Shown: in pieces, positions 19,397 to 28,788 of the stretch | Layout of the letters: every line of letters starts with the position of its first letter | How positions within the stretch are numbered: position 1 is the stretch's first letter | Assembly: GCA_963705305.1 (NCBI GenBank) | Contig: OY970067.1 | Span: forward strand, 3,552,001-3,616,000 | Source: an uncultured Methylomirabilota bacterium | GTDB lineage: Bacteria > Methylomirabilota > Methylomirabilia > Methylomirabilales > 2-02-FULL-66-22 | Length of the DNA stretch: 64,000 nt | Reading direction: 5' to 3' | Translations under genes and position numbers: made by a program | Notes under the pieces: generated by a model | The model's input: only the letters and a program-made list of their open reading frames with translations | Databases searched by the model: none | What the model was told of the DNA's origin: nothing

Positions 19397-19831
19397 TGAC
19401 GGCCCGAGAATTGCCTCGGGTACGGGACCTCCGTTCCCAGCCCTCATGCTCCCTCCTGTTTTCCCTGCTCCTGGTTGACTGGGGCCCCGGCAAGGCTCGA
19501 ATCGGGCTTTGAGTCCCGCTGGGCCCCAGCCCAATGGTCGCGGTGGCTTAGGCATCCGGGTTTGGGGAACATCGGCGCGCTCCGGGCTCCTCTCACCCGG
19601 CGCCAGGGCGCCCTCCCGGGCGGCGATCGCCGCCTGCCAGTCCGCCAGGGCGCCGAACTGTACCGCCTCGTCCATCCCCACGTTCTGGAGGAGGGCCGCG
19701 AACAGATACAGCCGATCCTGGGCCCGGGCGTGCATGTGTCCGTCCGTCAGTTCCAGCGGCCAGGTGAGCGTCAGGTACTGCGCCTCGGTGAGCGGCTGCG
19801 GCGCGCGGCCGACGGTCCAGTCGGTGTGCAT
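19328..19831 (-). CDS. Hypothetical protein; the N-terminal ~80 aa look real, the tail runs through the repeat
   Basis: GGAGG RBS; helical segment RLYLFAALLQNVGMDEAVQFGALADWQAAIAARE; the C-terminus overlaps dctM antisense. Confidence 0.4.
   Translation of the reverse strand: MHTDWTVGRAPQPLTEAQYLTLTWPLELTDGHMHARAQDRLYLFAALLQNVGMDEAVQFGALADWQAAIAAREGALAPGERSPERADVPQTRMPKPPRPLGWGPAGLKARFEPCRGPSQPGAGKTGGSMRAGNGGPVPEAILGPSSLRNYDQSTPKLGQCKGEPGNV
19430..19576. repeat. Structured direct repeat, copy B (homologous to 5263-5417)
   Basis: Same core as copy A; outer stem CTGGGGCCC/GGGCCCCAG and inner stem AAGGCTC/GGGCTTT. Confidence 0.8.
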
Positions 19832-19903
19832 ACAGCCTCCTTTCTGGGGTTCGTCAACGGCACCACTATCGATCTGCGGCGCGTCCGCCGTGTGCGCACG
19901 TCC

Positions 19904-20660
19904 TCAGTTCCAGCAGCCTGGGGCGAAGGCAGCGCCAGGCGACGACCGGAGACGGGTGGCTTCCATGGCCTGGGACGCGAGCAGCAGGCGGAGGGGCCGC
20001 AGCTCCTGGGGTGACCGCCGGACCTCCCGGATCACATCGGAGGTGAGGTAGCTCTCCCGCAGCACGATGGCGCGACCCGGGTAGGCCTGCTGCGCCCAGC
20101 CGATCGGGATCCCGGTCCGCTGGAACCGGTACAGGTCGAGGGGCCCGGAGTCGGCCGGCTCGATGTGCCAGGCGTAGAGCCGCATGGTCCCCATCTCCAG
20201 GTCCTCCGCGGCCCGCCCCAGGGTGCCGACGAACGTGGTCGAGTCGCCGGGGCCGGTCGGCACCGTCCACTCGTACCGGACCTGGTGCCCGAGGTAGCGC
20301 TCGCGCTTGAGCAGGCGGGGCTGCAGCACGGCGGCGAAGGTCCGGACGCAGCTGGCCCCGTGCCCGGCGAACTCCCCGAGGACCGGCTTCGGGGCCGGGG
20401 ACGGGATCCACTCCCCGACCCAGGACCAGAACGCGTCGTGGTCTAGGGCAACGTACGCGTCCACGGGCCGGGGCGACCGCTGGAGCTCCGTCTTGCCGAT
20501 GATCGTCGCCAGCGTCTCCTGCACCCCGGTGGAGACCAGTCGCGTCAGGGCCGGCGCATCCGCCCCCCAGATGGGCTGCCGCTGGAGGCAGCTCCAGCGG
20601 CGGCAGCTGCCGAGATCCGGGGGGACCGGGACCCCGTGGTCCGGACTCCGTGAACCCATG
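19904..20660 (-). CDS. Hypothetical protein of the mobile region
   Basis: AAGGAGG RBS before MGSRSPDH; Trp/Tyr-rich globular composition; no family recognised. Confidence 0.5.
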
Positions 20661-20979
20661 GTTGCCTCCTTTGACCCCCTGGCGGGGCCGGGCGGGGTCC
20701 TGCCGTTCACCCGAGGCGCGGGCCCGGGACGACCGGGCCGGGGGAGGGGGGCCCACGGCTTGGAGCCCGAGCCGTCGTAATGGGACATCGACAGCCCGGA
20801 CGAAGACCGGCGTGCCGACAGGGATCCATCCGCTCTCCTCTGCGGCCCCGGTCGCCGGGGGCCAGCGCGCTGCTTCGACTCCATCGGCAGTTTCGGGGCC
20901 GGGGACCACTGTTTTTTGAGCTTTTTCACCGCCTCCAATCCAAAATCGAGCACGGGCCCCAACCCGGCGCCCACAACCG

Positions 20980-21600
20980 CTATGCGGATTCGGGGGCGGC
21001 CGCCCCGGGCACATCCTCCAGGAGCCGCTCGGCGGCCGCGTCGTAGAAGGCGACGGCGCGCTTGAGCTGCGGCGGGCGCATCGTGGTGTAGATGTTCGTG
21101 GTGTCCAGGCGGCTGTGGTCGAGCAGGGCGCGCACCTCCTCCACGTTGTTGCGCTGCTCGAGGACCTCCATGGCCACCCCGTGCCGCAGGTCGTGGGGCT
21201 TCAGGGTCGGGGCACCGATCCGGCGCCCGTAGACCTTGCACAGCCGCCAGATGTTCTTCCCGGTCATGGGCCGCCGGATCTTCCCGAGGGCCTTCCGCGC
21301 CCAGGTAGACCAGAAGAGCGGGGTCTCCGGATCCAGCGGGCCCCGGACCCGCAGGACACGGTCGACGTAGCGGTGGAGGAACCGCATCACGGGCGCGGGG
21401 ACCGGGATGTCCTGGACCTTCCCGCCTTTCCCGCGGACCGCGCGCAGCCCCCATTCGCCGTCCAGGTTCCGGAGCCGGAGCCGGGCGACCGCCTCCCGCC
21501 GCATGGCGGTGTAGCGGAGGAGGAGAAAGACGGCCAGATCCCGGTCCCGGCCCCGCGCCTTGGCCGCCCGGACCAGGGCGTCCATGAGACAGGGGGCCGG
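20980..21600 (-). pseudogene. Tyrosine recombinase (XerC/D-like), N-terminally truncated
   Basis: RDLAVFLLLRYTAMRR, GKGGK, PHDLRH, LLDHSRLDTTNIY; the core-binding domain is missing, with unrelated lower-GC sequence upstream. Confidence 0.8.
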
Positions 21601-21808
21601 CAAAGAAAGTGCTCGGAATCCAAAGGATTTCGGGCACTTACTGTATTCAGGCGCAGTAGGGGACATGTAACCCGCTTGATTGCCCACGAGCCTCCCGGTT
21701 GCCCCGCTGAATCCGACGGCTCATCCCCATGCAAACGATGAGGAGCCAATGGCTACCCATGGCCAGGTGTTGTCAGTCCGAGTGTCGCCGAAACGGGGAG
21801 GTTCACGA

Positions 21809-21837
21809 TTGACAGCCCATGCTTATGCCGATACCCT
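21809..21837 (+). promoter_or_regulatory. Sigma70-type promoter candidate for the orphan gene pair
   Basis: TTGACA - 17 bp - TACCCT. Confidence 0.45.
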
Positions 21838-22025
21838 TCGCCCGAAGTTTCCGAGAATTTCTCCTGTGGCCAAGGGGATGCTCTCGGAAACCGCACTGGC
21901 GCAATTGGGCATCAGCTCGTCATACGTGCCGTTGAAGCCGATCCTGCCTCGGATTTGTATCAGTCGGCCCGGGCGGACAGGATGGCGACGCCCATGTGCG
22001 CAGCGCAAGACTTGCCCATGAGCCC

Positions 22026-22199
22026 ATGACCCCCTCACAGGACCCCGCCGCGTTCGCGGCCAAGATCATGGAGGATCCGGCTCTATTCGACTATTGGGTC
22101 GTACGACATCCGCAGCGACTCTCCGCACTGCTCGGCTTTTGTGACCAGGGGCTCGGAATACTGCTGGAACGTCTCGACGGCGTTCCAGCCAACAGATAG
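22026..22199 (+). CDS. Small hypothetical protein (57 aa)
   Basis: MTPSQDPAAFAAKIMEDPALFDYW...; its stop abuts the RBS of the next gene. Confidence 0.45.
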   Translation: MTPSQDPAAFAAKIMEDPALFDYWVVRHPQRLSALLGFCDQGLGILLERLDGVPANR

Positions 22200-22209
22200 G
22201 AGGACGGCT

Positions 22210-22818
22210 ATGGCTAACGGGGAGCGGGCACAGCGAAAAGGCGGCGCACCAGCGGGGAAGCCGCCCAAGGCGAATCCTCAAGCGGAGCATGGCGAGCGTG
22301 AGTCATTCGCGGATGCCGTAGCCGATGTTGCCGTCGGCGCGGCCGAAGGTGCGCTCCGATCCACACCAGCCGGTGGCGCGGTCGCCGGCGCACTCGAGAA
22401 GATCCCCTGGGACAAGCTTATCGCCGCGCTGCTGGAGGGCGCAAAGGCAAAGAAGGACAAGGACTTCCTCAAGTCCTTCGTTAAGGCTGTCTTGAGCATC
22501 GACAATCTGAAGGATCTGCTCATCAAGCTCATCGACGACAGCCCGGTTCCGGATAAGGAAAAGGGGTGGATAGAGGGAGCCTTTCAGGGCTTCTACGACT
22601 GGCTGAATGGCAACGGGGACGCCGCTCTTGCCAGGGCGCGCAAGAAGAAAGCGTCGGAGGAGCTGAAGCCGCTCATACGCCAAGCGGAAGACTTGGCGCA
22701 CTCCATCGGACGCATGATCGACCGTGACGACTTTGACGAAGCCCGCAAGAATCTTAAAGATTCCCTTGTGCCGCTGCTGGAGAAGATTCGAGCCTGGATC
22801 AGCGCCAACGTCAAGTAG
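22210..22818 (+). CDS. Hypothetical helical Lys/Asp-rich protein
   Basis: AGGAGGA RBS, clean 202-aa ORF, downstream hairpin. Confidence 0.7.
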   Translation: MANGERAQRKGGAPAGKPPKANPQAEHGERESFADAVADVAVGAAEGALRSTPAGGAVAGALEKIPWDKLIAALLEGAKAKKDKDFLKSFVKAVLSIDNLKDLLIKLIDDSPVPDKEKGWIEGAFQGFYDWLNGNGDAALARARKKKASEELKPLIRQAEDLAHSIGRMIDRDDFDEARKNLKDSLVPLLEKIRAWISANVK

Positions 22819-22892
22819 TACAGATCGAAGAACGTCCGCCCTGGAGATCTCAGGGTGGGCAGCAGTTGACGATGGCGCCCAACAATCAGTTG

Positions 22893-22927
22893 ACAGGGAC
22901 GGCCCCGATTCGCGGGGCCGTCCCTGT
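22893..22927 (+). terminator. Strong hairpin (terminator-like or attC-like)
   Basis: ACAGGGACGGCCCCG-ATTCG-CGGGGCCGTCCCTGT, 15-bp perfect stem. Confidence 0.5.
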
Positions 22928-23275
22928 GTTCGGGCCTCACCTTCCTCCGCCGGCAAGCTTTTTTCCATCCATCGCCTGGATTTGCCCTACCCAAGGAACC
23001 CCATTAGACTCGAATCCGTTCTGACTTCCGCCCCCCTCCCGTCCCCCCAGAGGGGGAGCGGGGGGCCGATCCGGCCGCCGGCAGGGGAAAAAGCGAGGGG
23101 AGCCGCGAAGTACTGGGTTCCCCTCTGCCGGATGGCCGTCCGCGCGGCGTCCCCCTGGCTCGCCCCGCAACCACGCCCTGCGCTGGCGTTAGGAGCCAGC
23201 TTACGCTAACATGCGAGTGGACCAATTCGTGGAGGCAGGACAGGGCAGACCAAAATCATGCGAAAGGAGACGATC

Positions 23276-23476
23276 ATGACGGAAAAATGCGAGTTCCTGA
23301 ATAAATGTGGATTCTTCTTGAATTTCAAAGGCAATACGCAGGTTGTCAAGGAAGGTTGGGTCAGAATGTTCTGTGAAGACAAAGATAAGTCAGAGAAGTG
23401 CGAGAGAAAAAAAATACGACTGCAGACAGGCAAACCACCTGCGGACAATATAGCTCCCACCGGAACAATGCTCTAA
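23276..23476 (+). CDS. Small AT-rich Cys-containing hypothetical protein (66 aa)
   Basis: AAAGGAG RBS; MTEKCEFLNKCGFF...FCED...KCER...NIAPTG; markedly lower GC than the flanks. Confidence 0.7.
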   Translation: MTEKCEFLNKCGFFLNFKGNTQVVKEGWVRMFCEDKDKSEKCERKKIRLQTGKPPADNIAPTGTML

Positions 23477-23544
23477 CGCCACTCGGACGGGCGTAGCGCC
23501 AGCTCCTATCATGCTGGCTAGCCGGCCGCTGCACTGCACAGCCC

Positions 23545-23835
23545 GGGGCCGCCGGCGAACTGCTCACGACTGAGCAGACGGCCCAGCGGCTCGGGATATC
23601 GGTGAAGTGCCTGCTTTCTCACAAGCGAAGAGGCAAGATCCAGCCGGCGGTGCAGAGGGGCAAGCTGCTCTGCCTCCGCTCCGGCGCGCTCTACCCCGGC
23701 GCCACCACCGATCTCGATCGGCGCTACGCAGAGCACCGAGCCGGCCGCGCCTGCCGTACCACGCGCGTCGATCCCCCGATCGCCCTCCTCTACGTCGAAG
23801 GCCTTCCCACGTTCTCGGCTGCGCGGCGGCGCTCG
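23545..23835 (+). pseudogene. Fused remnants of an excisionase-type HTH and a GIY-YIG (UPF0213-like) nuclease
   Basis: ELLTTEQTAQRLGISVKCL followed by LRSGALYPGATTDLDRRYAEHRAGRACRTT...FSAARRR; no valid start. Confidence 0.55.
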
Positions 23836-23869
23836 GACCGACGGGTGATCGCAGTTCCAACCATGCCGC

Positions 23870-25389
23870 CCCTAATCTCCGGCTAAGCGGTGGCCAGCCG
23901 GGCGATCTTGCGCCGCGCCCGGACGAGCAAGGCGTGCTGCAGGGCGGCCGAGAGCCGCAAGAGCGTCCGTCGGGCATGCGCGACGACCTTCCCGACGGTG
24001 TTGAACAGCAGGAACCGGAGACGCTTCGGCCGGGCGGTCCGGAGATCTCCGGGTAAGGTCAACCGCTTGAGCGCGGTGAGCAGGTTGTAGGTGAGCACGT
24101 TCAGCCGGAACCAGGCGGCGTTCGCCCCGAACTTCCCACTGGGCAGCGCGGCGGCCGCCAGCTCGGTCTTGAGGACGTGATGGGTGTGCTCGATGGTCCC
24201 TGCTTTCTCCCGGTGCCACCGGAGGATCGTGAGCCCATCCTCCGGCCGATTGGTGACCACGGCGAAGTACTGCACGCTACTCCCGTCGGCGAAGAGGCTC
24301 CCCTGGCGTCGCTGGATACGCACCGCGAGGTAGCGGCGAACGCACGGCCGCGCCTTCCGGTGATCGCCATCCTCGGGGACGTAGGGGACTTCGGCCCAGG
24401 CCCGGATCGCCTCGGGCTCCTCCCGCTCGAGCTGCCAGGCGGCCGCGGGGAGGCGCCGGATCTCGGCCTGGAGCTGCGCGGACATATCGGCGCTAATCGC
24501 GTAGGCGATTTTCTTCTCCTCGCACCAGCGGAGGACCTCCGTCTCGTAGAGGGCGCTGTCGGCCCGCAGGGAGATGCGGTCCACGCCCTGGGGCAAGTTG
24601 GCCACCGCCTGTTCGAGGACGCGCACGTTGCCGCACCCGGCGGGCACCTGGCCATCGCGGAACTGGTCGTGCACGATGACATCGTGCTCGGCCCAGAGGA
24701 CCACGACGGGCTGGTAGCCCCGGGTCCCGTCGTAGGCCACGGTCGCCGCGTCCTTGTGGCTCTCGACGAGCGTCGCGTCCACATCCAGGGTGGCCGTCGC
24801 CGCCCGGGCCCCGCGCTGGACGCCCGCGACCAGCGTCCGGTTCGCCTGTCCGAGGCCCGCCAAGGGGGCGGACTCCAGGGGGACCGTGGCCGCGGGCCCG
24901 GCCACCCAGAGCGGCCCGTCCTCCACGTGGAAGGCCTCGAGGAAGTCCCGGACCGTGGTCGCGGCCGGCAGGGGGTAGCCGAGCAGCGTGGCCAGGGCCT
25001 GATCCTCCCGGAGCGTCGTGAGGTCCTGGCAGCGGTCCCCGCCGCTCGTCCACAACGCGACGAGACTCTCCACGAGCTGCGAGGGGGGTAATCCGCGCTG
25101 CCGCTGCTTGACCGCAACGTGGGTGTCGACGGCCTGGGCCACCCCGAGCTGGCGGAACAGCTCGATCACGAGCGGGACCCCGGCCCGGCCCGTGACCAGC
25201 GTGGGGTCGATCGCGTCATCGATCTCGAACGGCAACCGGGGCGAGGTGTCGGGCATCGCTCTCCTCCTTGTGGTGTTTGCACCCACTGGGTGAAACCAAG
25301 CAAGGCCGATGCCAACCCCGCGGGCCGCGCGCACTGCGGGCCGCTGCGTGATTCGCGATCCCCCTCAACTTCTTAGCCGGAGATTAGGG
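23870..25389 (-). mobile_element. IS1380 family insertion sequence, apparently intact
   Basis: Perfect 18-bp TIR CCCTAATCTCCGGCTAAG; 5-bp TSD GCCGC (23865-23869 and 25390-25394). Confidence 0.92.
23883..25256 (-). CDS. IS1380 family DDE transposase
   Basis: TLDVDATL, GYQP, LRADSALY, IEHTHHVLK, LPSGKFGANAAW; AGGAGG RBS; stop lies inside the TIR. Confidence 0.92.
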   Translation of the reverse strand: MPDTSPRLPFEIDDAIDPTLVTGRAGVPLVIELFRQLGVAQAVDTHVAVKQRQRGLPPSQLVESLVALWTSGGDRCQDLTTLREDQALATLLGYPLPAATTVRDFLEAFHVEDGPLWVAGPAATVPLESAPLAGLGQANRTLVAGVQRGARAATATLDVDATLVESHKDAATVAYDGTRGYQPVVVLWAEHDVIVHDQFRDGQVPAGCGNVRVLEQAVANLPQGVDRISLRADSALYETEVLRWCEEKKIAYAISADMSAQLQAEIRRLPAAAWQLEREEPEAIRAWAEVPYVPEDGDHRKARPCVRRYLAVRIQRRQGSLFADGSSVQYFAVVTNRPEDGLTILRWHREKAGTIEHTHHVLKTELAAAALPSGKFGANAAWFRLNVLTYNLLTALKRLTLPGDLRTARPKRLRFLLFNTVGKVVAHARRTLLRLSAALQHALLVRARRKIARLATA

Positions 25390-25605
25390 GCCGCCGCCTT
25401 GGCTTGACAAGCGGCAGGGGCTCGTAGCATCCTCCCGTCGTCGATCGAGGGGGCTGCGGCCTTCGGCGGCGTCCTTCGAACGAAAATTGACAGTCCTCCA
25501 TGGATGCCCGCTCCAGTGTCTGGGGGCACCTGTGTCCGGTCGAGCACGGCACCCCGGCCGGGCGCGGCGCCGGGGCCGAAACATAACAGCGCGGAGGCGA
25601 GACCA

Positions 25606-26469
25606 ATGGCACAATCGAGAGAGAACCTGATCGCCGATCTCCGAGCGAGAGCAACGCGACTCCGGCGCGAGTCGTTGCTCGTCATGAAAGAGATGGGGGC
25701 GGGCTGGCTGGGAGGGTCGTTCTCGTCGGCGGACTTCCTGACCGCGCTCTTCTTCTACCGGATGCGGCACGACCCGAAAAACCCGCGGTGGCCGGAGCGG
25801 GACCGGCTGATCATCTCGAAAGGGCATTCCTGCGAGTTCTTCTACGCCGCGCTCGCCGACGCCGGGTATATTCCGCGGGAAGAACTCCGGACGTACAGCC
25901 ATCCGGGCTCGCGGCTGCAGACCCATGTGGATTGCCGGACCCCCGGGATCGATTGCAGCGGGGGCTCCCTGGGGCTGGGGCTCTCCTTCGCGGTCGGATC
26001 GGCCATGGGCGCGTACATTCACCCGACAAGCGGCAATCTCTCCGCACAGGTCCGCCGGCAGCCGGCCCGATTCCGGGTGTACTGCGTGTTGGGGGATGGG
26101 GAGTGCAACGAGGGACAGGTCTGGGAGGCCGCCGCCAACGCGGCCCACTACCGCCTCGGCAACCTCACGGCCATCGTGGATCACAATCGGTTCCAGTCCA
26201 CCGGGTCGGTGGAGAAGAAGATGGACATGCTGTCCCTGGCGGAGAAGTTCCGCGCCTTCGGCTGGGAGACCCGGGAGATCGACGGCAACGACATGGATGA
26301 GGTGGTCCGCACCCTGGACTGGGCGGTCACCGTCGAACAGAGGCCTCAGGCCCTCATTGCGCGCACGGTCAAGGGGAAAGGCATGCCCTCCCTGGAGAAC
26401 ACGAACTGCCACTTCGTGAAGATCACCGAGGACGTCTTGAAGGTGGGACTCGAGGCCTTGAAGGGGTGA
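25606..26469 (+). CDS. Transketolase, N-terminal ThDP-binding subunit
   Basis: RDRLIISKGH, GSLGLGLS, GDGECNEGQVWEA, TVKGKG. Confidence 0.9.
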   Translation: MAQSRENLIADLRARATRLRRESLLVMKEMGAGWLGGSFSSADFLTALFFYRMRHDPKNPRWPERDRLIISKGHSCEFFYAALADAGYIPREELRTYSHPGSRLQTHVDCRTPGIDCSGGSLGLGLSFAVGSAMGAYIHPTSGNLSAQVRRQPARFRVYCVLGDGECNEGQVWEAAANAAHYRLGNLTAIVDHNRFQSTGSVEKKMDMLSLAEKFRAFGWETREIDGNDMDEVVRTLDWAVTVEQRPQALIARTVKGKGMPSLENTNCHFVKITEDVLKVGLEALKG

Positions 26470-26509
26470 GGTCTGCGGCCGGGCCGAGGACCATGGAGGA
26501 GATCCGATT

Positions 26510-27487
26510 GTGAAAACGACATATCTGCGGGCGAGCAGGGAGCTGGCAGAGAACATGTACGCTGCCCACAACCGCGCGCTCGTCGAGCTGGCGCGGCGGA
26601 ACGGGCGGATCGTCTCCTGCTACGGGGACTTCCCGCCGGGCGAGGTGGGGGAGGTCTTCGCCAAGGAATGCCCCGACCGGCTGATCGACGTGGGGATCGC
26701 CGAGGGGCACCTCATCACCAGCGCCGCCGGCCTCGCGGATGCGGGCTATATCCCCTTCACGCACTGCCATGCGCTGTTCGCGCTGGGCCGCGGGTACAAC
26801 CAGATCAGGCAGAATGTGGCGTACGACAACCGGAACGTGAAGATCGTCCTGTGCAACGCGGGGGTCGTGTGGGGCGGGATAGGGCCCTCCCACCTGGCGG
26901 TGGAGGACGTGGCCGCGCTGCGGGCGGTGCCCAATCTGGCCTTGCTCTCCCCGGCCGACGCCGTCTCGAGCGAGAAGGCCACGCATGCGGCGGCAGCCCA
27001 CGCCGGCCCGGTGATTCTCCGGCTGCCGGCGGTCGGCGCGTCGTACCCGACCGTGTACACGCCCGATCTGGAATACCGCATCGGCCGGGCGATCTGGCTG
27101 CGGGAGGGGGGCGATGTGACGCTCATCGCCACGGGGATTCTGGTGGCGGACGCGCTCGCGGCGGCGGAGGAACTCGGCAAGAAGGGGATTCAGGCGGGCG
27201 TGCTGGACGTCCACACGATCAAGCCGCTGGATGAGGAGGCCGTGCTGGCGGCCGCCCGGGCGACCGGGGCCCTGGTCACGGCCGAGGATGCCAGCATCCT
27301 GGGAGGGCTGGGGAGCGCCGTGGCGGAGGTCACCACCGAGGCATGCCCCGTCCCGATCCGGCGGGTCGGCGTGAGAGACCAGTTCGGCGATTCCGGCACG
27401 TCTGCAGAGCTGAAGGAGTTGTTCGGCCTGACCGCGCCCGCGATCGTGCGGGCAGCGGAAGAAGTCCTGCGAGCAAAGCGGCGGTAG
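26510..27487 (+). CDS. Transketolase, C-terminal subunit
   Basis: DVGIAEGH, GPSHLAVED, TIKPLD, GGLGSAVAE. Confidence 0.9.
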   Translation: MKTTYLRASRELAENMYAAHNRALVELARRNGRIVSCYGDFPPGEVGEVFAKECPDRLIDVGIAEGHLITSAAGLADAGYIPFTHCHALFALGRGYNQIRQNVAYDNRNVKIVLCNAGVVWGGIGPSHLAVEDVAALRAVPNLALLSPADAVSSEKATHAAAAHAGPVILRLPAVGASYPTVYTPDLEYRIGRAIWLREGGDVTLIATGILVADALAAAEELGKKGIQAGVLDVHTIKPLDEEAVLAAARATGALVTAEDASILGGLGSAVAEVTTEACPVPIRRVGVRDQFGDSGTSAELKELFGLTAPAIVRAAEEVLRAKRR

Positions 27488-27575
27488 AGACGCGGCGGCC
27501 GTCGAAGCCGCGGGCCCGCGCCGTGCGCACTCGCGACGGGCGCCCGCCCTTTCGGGGCGAAGAAACGAGGCGCGA

Positions 27576-28607
27576 ATGAAGGCATTGGTCAAGGCCGAGC
27601 CGAAACCGGGGGCGTCGCTTGTTGACATGGCCGCTCCGGACATCGGGCGCGACGAAGTCTTGGTCGAGGTGAAAGCCGCCGCCGTCTGCGGGACCGACAT
27701 TCACTTCTATCAGTGGGACACGATGGCGGCCAACCTCCCGGTCCGCCTTCCGTTGATTCTCGGCCACGAGTATTCGGGGGATGTCCTGAAGGTGGGCGGC
27801 GACGTGCGCGGGCTTGCGCCGGGGGACCGGGTGTCGGTCGAGACGCACGTGCCCTGCGGCACCTGCTATTCCTGCCGGCTCGGCAACGGCCACAATTGCC
27901 AGCACATGGAGCTGATCGGCATCACGTACCCAGGGGCCTTCGCCTGGTATGCGAAAGCGCCGGCGAAGGTGGCCTATCGGCTTCCCAGCGGCGTCACATA
28001 CGACGAGGGGGCGCTGTTCGAGCCGGCCGGGGTGGCCATGCGCGGGGTCGACGAGGCCCGCATCGCCCCCGGCGACGCCGTGGTGGTGGTCGGGTGCGGG
28101 CCGATCGGCCTGGTCGCCATTCAGATGGCGCTGGCGGTCGGGGCGGGGGTCGTGATTGCGATCGATGTGAACGAGTTCCGGCTGCAGATGGCGCATCGGG
28201 CGGGGGCGCGCACGCTGAACCCGCACCGGGACGACATCGCGGAGCAGGTGGGAATCCTCACGGGACGGCGGGGGGGCGCGGACGTCGTCCTGGAGATCAG
28301 CGGTGCCGCGGAGGTATTCGACTACCTGTTCGACATCGTCCGCCTGGAGGGGCGGGTGGTCACCATCGGCCACCCCGCCAAGCCCGTCAGCCTGAATGTC
28401 TCCAAGCAGATCAATCAGCGCGGGGTGACGCTCAAGGGGGTCTTCGGCCGGCGGATCTGGGAGACCTGGGAGCACCTCGCGGCGCTGGTGGTCGCCAAGC
28501 GGATCGATCTGTTGGCTGTCATCACCCACCGATTTCCCCTCGAGGCGTTTGAGGATGCATTCGGGCAGGTGCACGGCCAGGCGGGCAAGATTCTTTTCAT
28601 CCCCTAG
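27576..28607 (+). CDS. Zn-dependent medium-chain dehydrogenase (Tdh/sugar-alcohol dehydrogenase-like)
   Basis: CGTDIH, GHE, CxxCxxC-x7-C, GCGPIG. Confidence 0.9.
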   Translation: MKALVKAEPKPGASLVDMAAPDIGRDEVLVEVKAAAVCGTDIHFYQWDTMAANLPVRLPLILGHEYSGDVLKVGGDVRGLAPGDRVSVETHVPCGTCYSCRLGNGHNCQHMELIGITYPGAFAWYAKAPAKVAYRLPSGVTYDEGALFEPAGVAMRGVDEARIAPGDAVVVVGCGPIGLVAIQMALAVGAGVVIAIDVNEFRLQMAHRAGARTLNPHRDDIAEQVGILTGRRGGADVVLEISGAAEVFDYLFDIVRLEGRVVTIGHPAKPVSLNVSKQINQRGVTLKGVFGRRIWETWEHLAALVVAKRIDLLAVITHRFPLEAFEDAFGQVHGQAGKILFIP

Positions 28608-28788
28608 GATGAGGCGAGTCGCCACCGTGTCGGCGCCATTGCAAGCGCGGACAGTCTCGGCGTAGGCCACCCCCAAGAAGGGGTCGCCGCGGGAGAGAGG
28701 GGAACATGCCAGAGCCTACCCCGAAGACAGGCCGGCCGAATCTCCCGAATCGGTTTCGAGGGCCCGCCTAGCCGACATCCGCCGTCGT

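Noticed and set aside
19475..19527. c-di-GMP-I riboswitch on the minus strand (GGGACTCAAAGCC resembles GGGACGCAAAGCC)
   Set aside because: The upstream GGCAAA/GNRA stem and the downstream receptor stem could not be found; kept only as an unexplained repeat.
20980..21600. Integron integrase IntI
   Set aside because: No IntI-specific insertion is visible before the HxLRH box; the sequence is Xer-like and truncated.
23484..23505. tRNA-Pro-like 5' fragment (CGGGCGTAGCGC)
   Set aside because: Too short and imperfect to exceed chance in GC-rich DNA.
25404..25430. TTGACA...TAGCAT promoter for the transketolase operon
   Set aside because: The spacer is only 15 bp, so it was not called as a feature.
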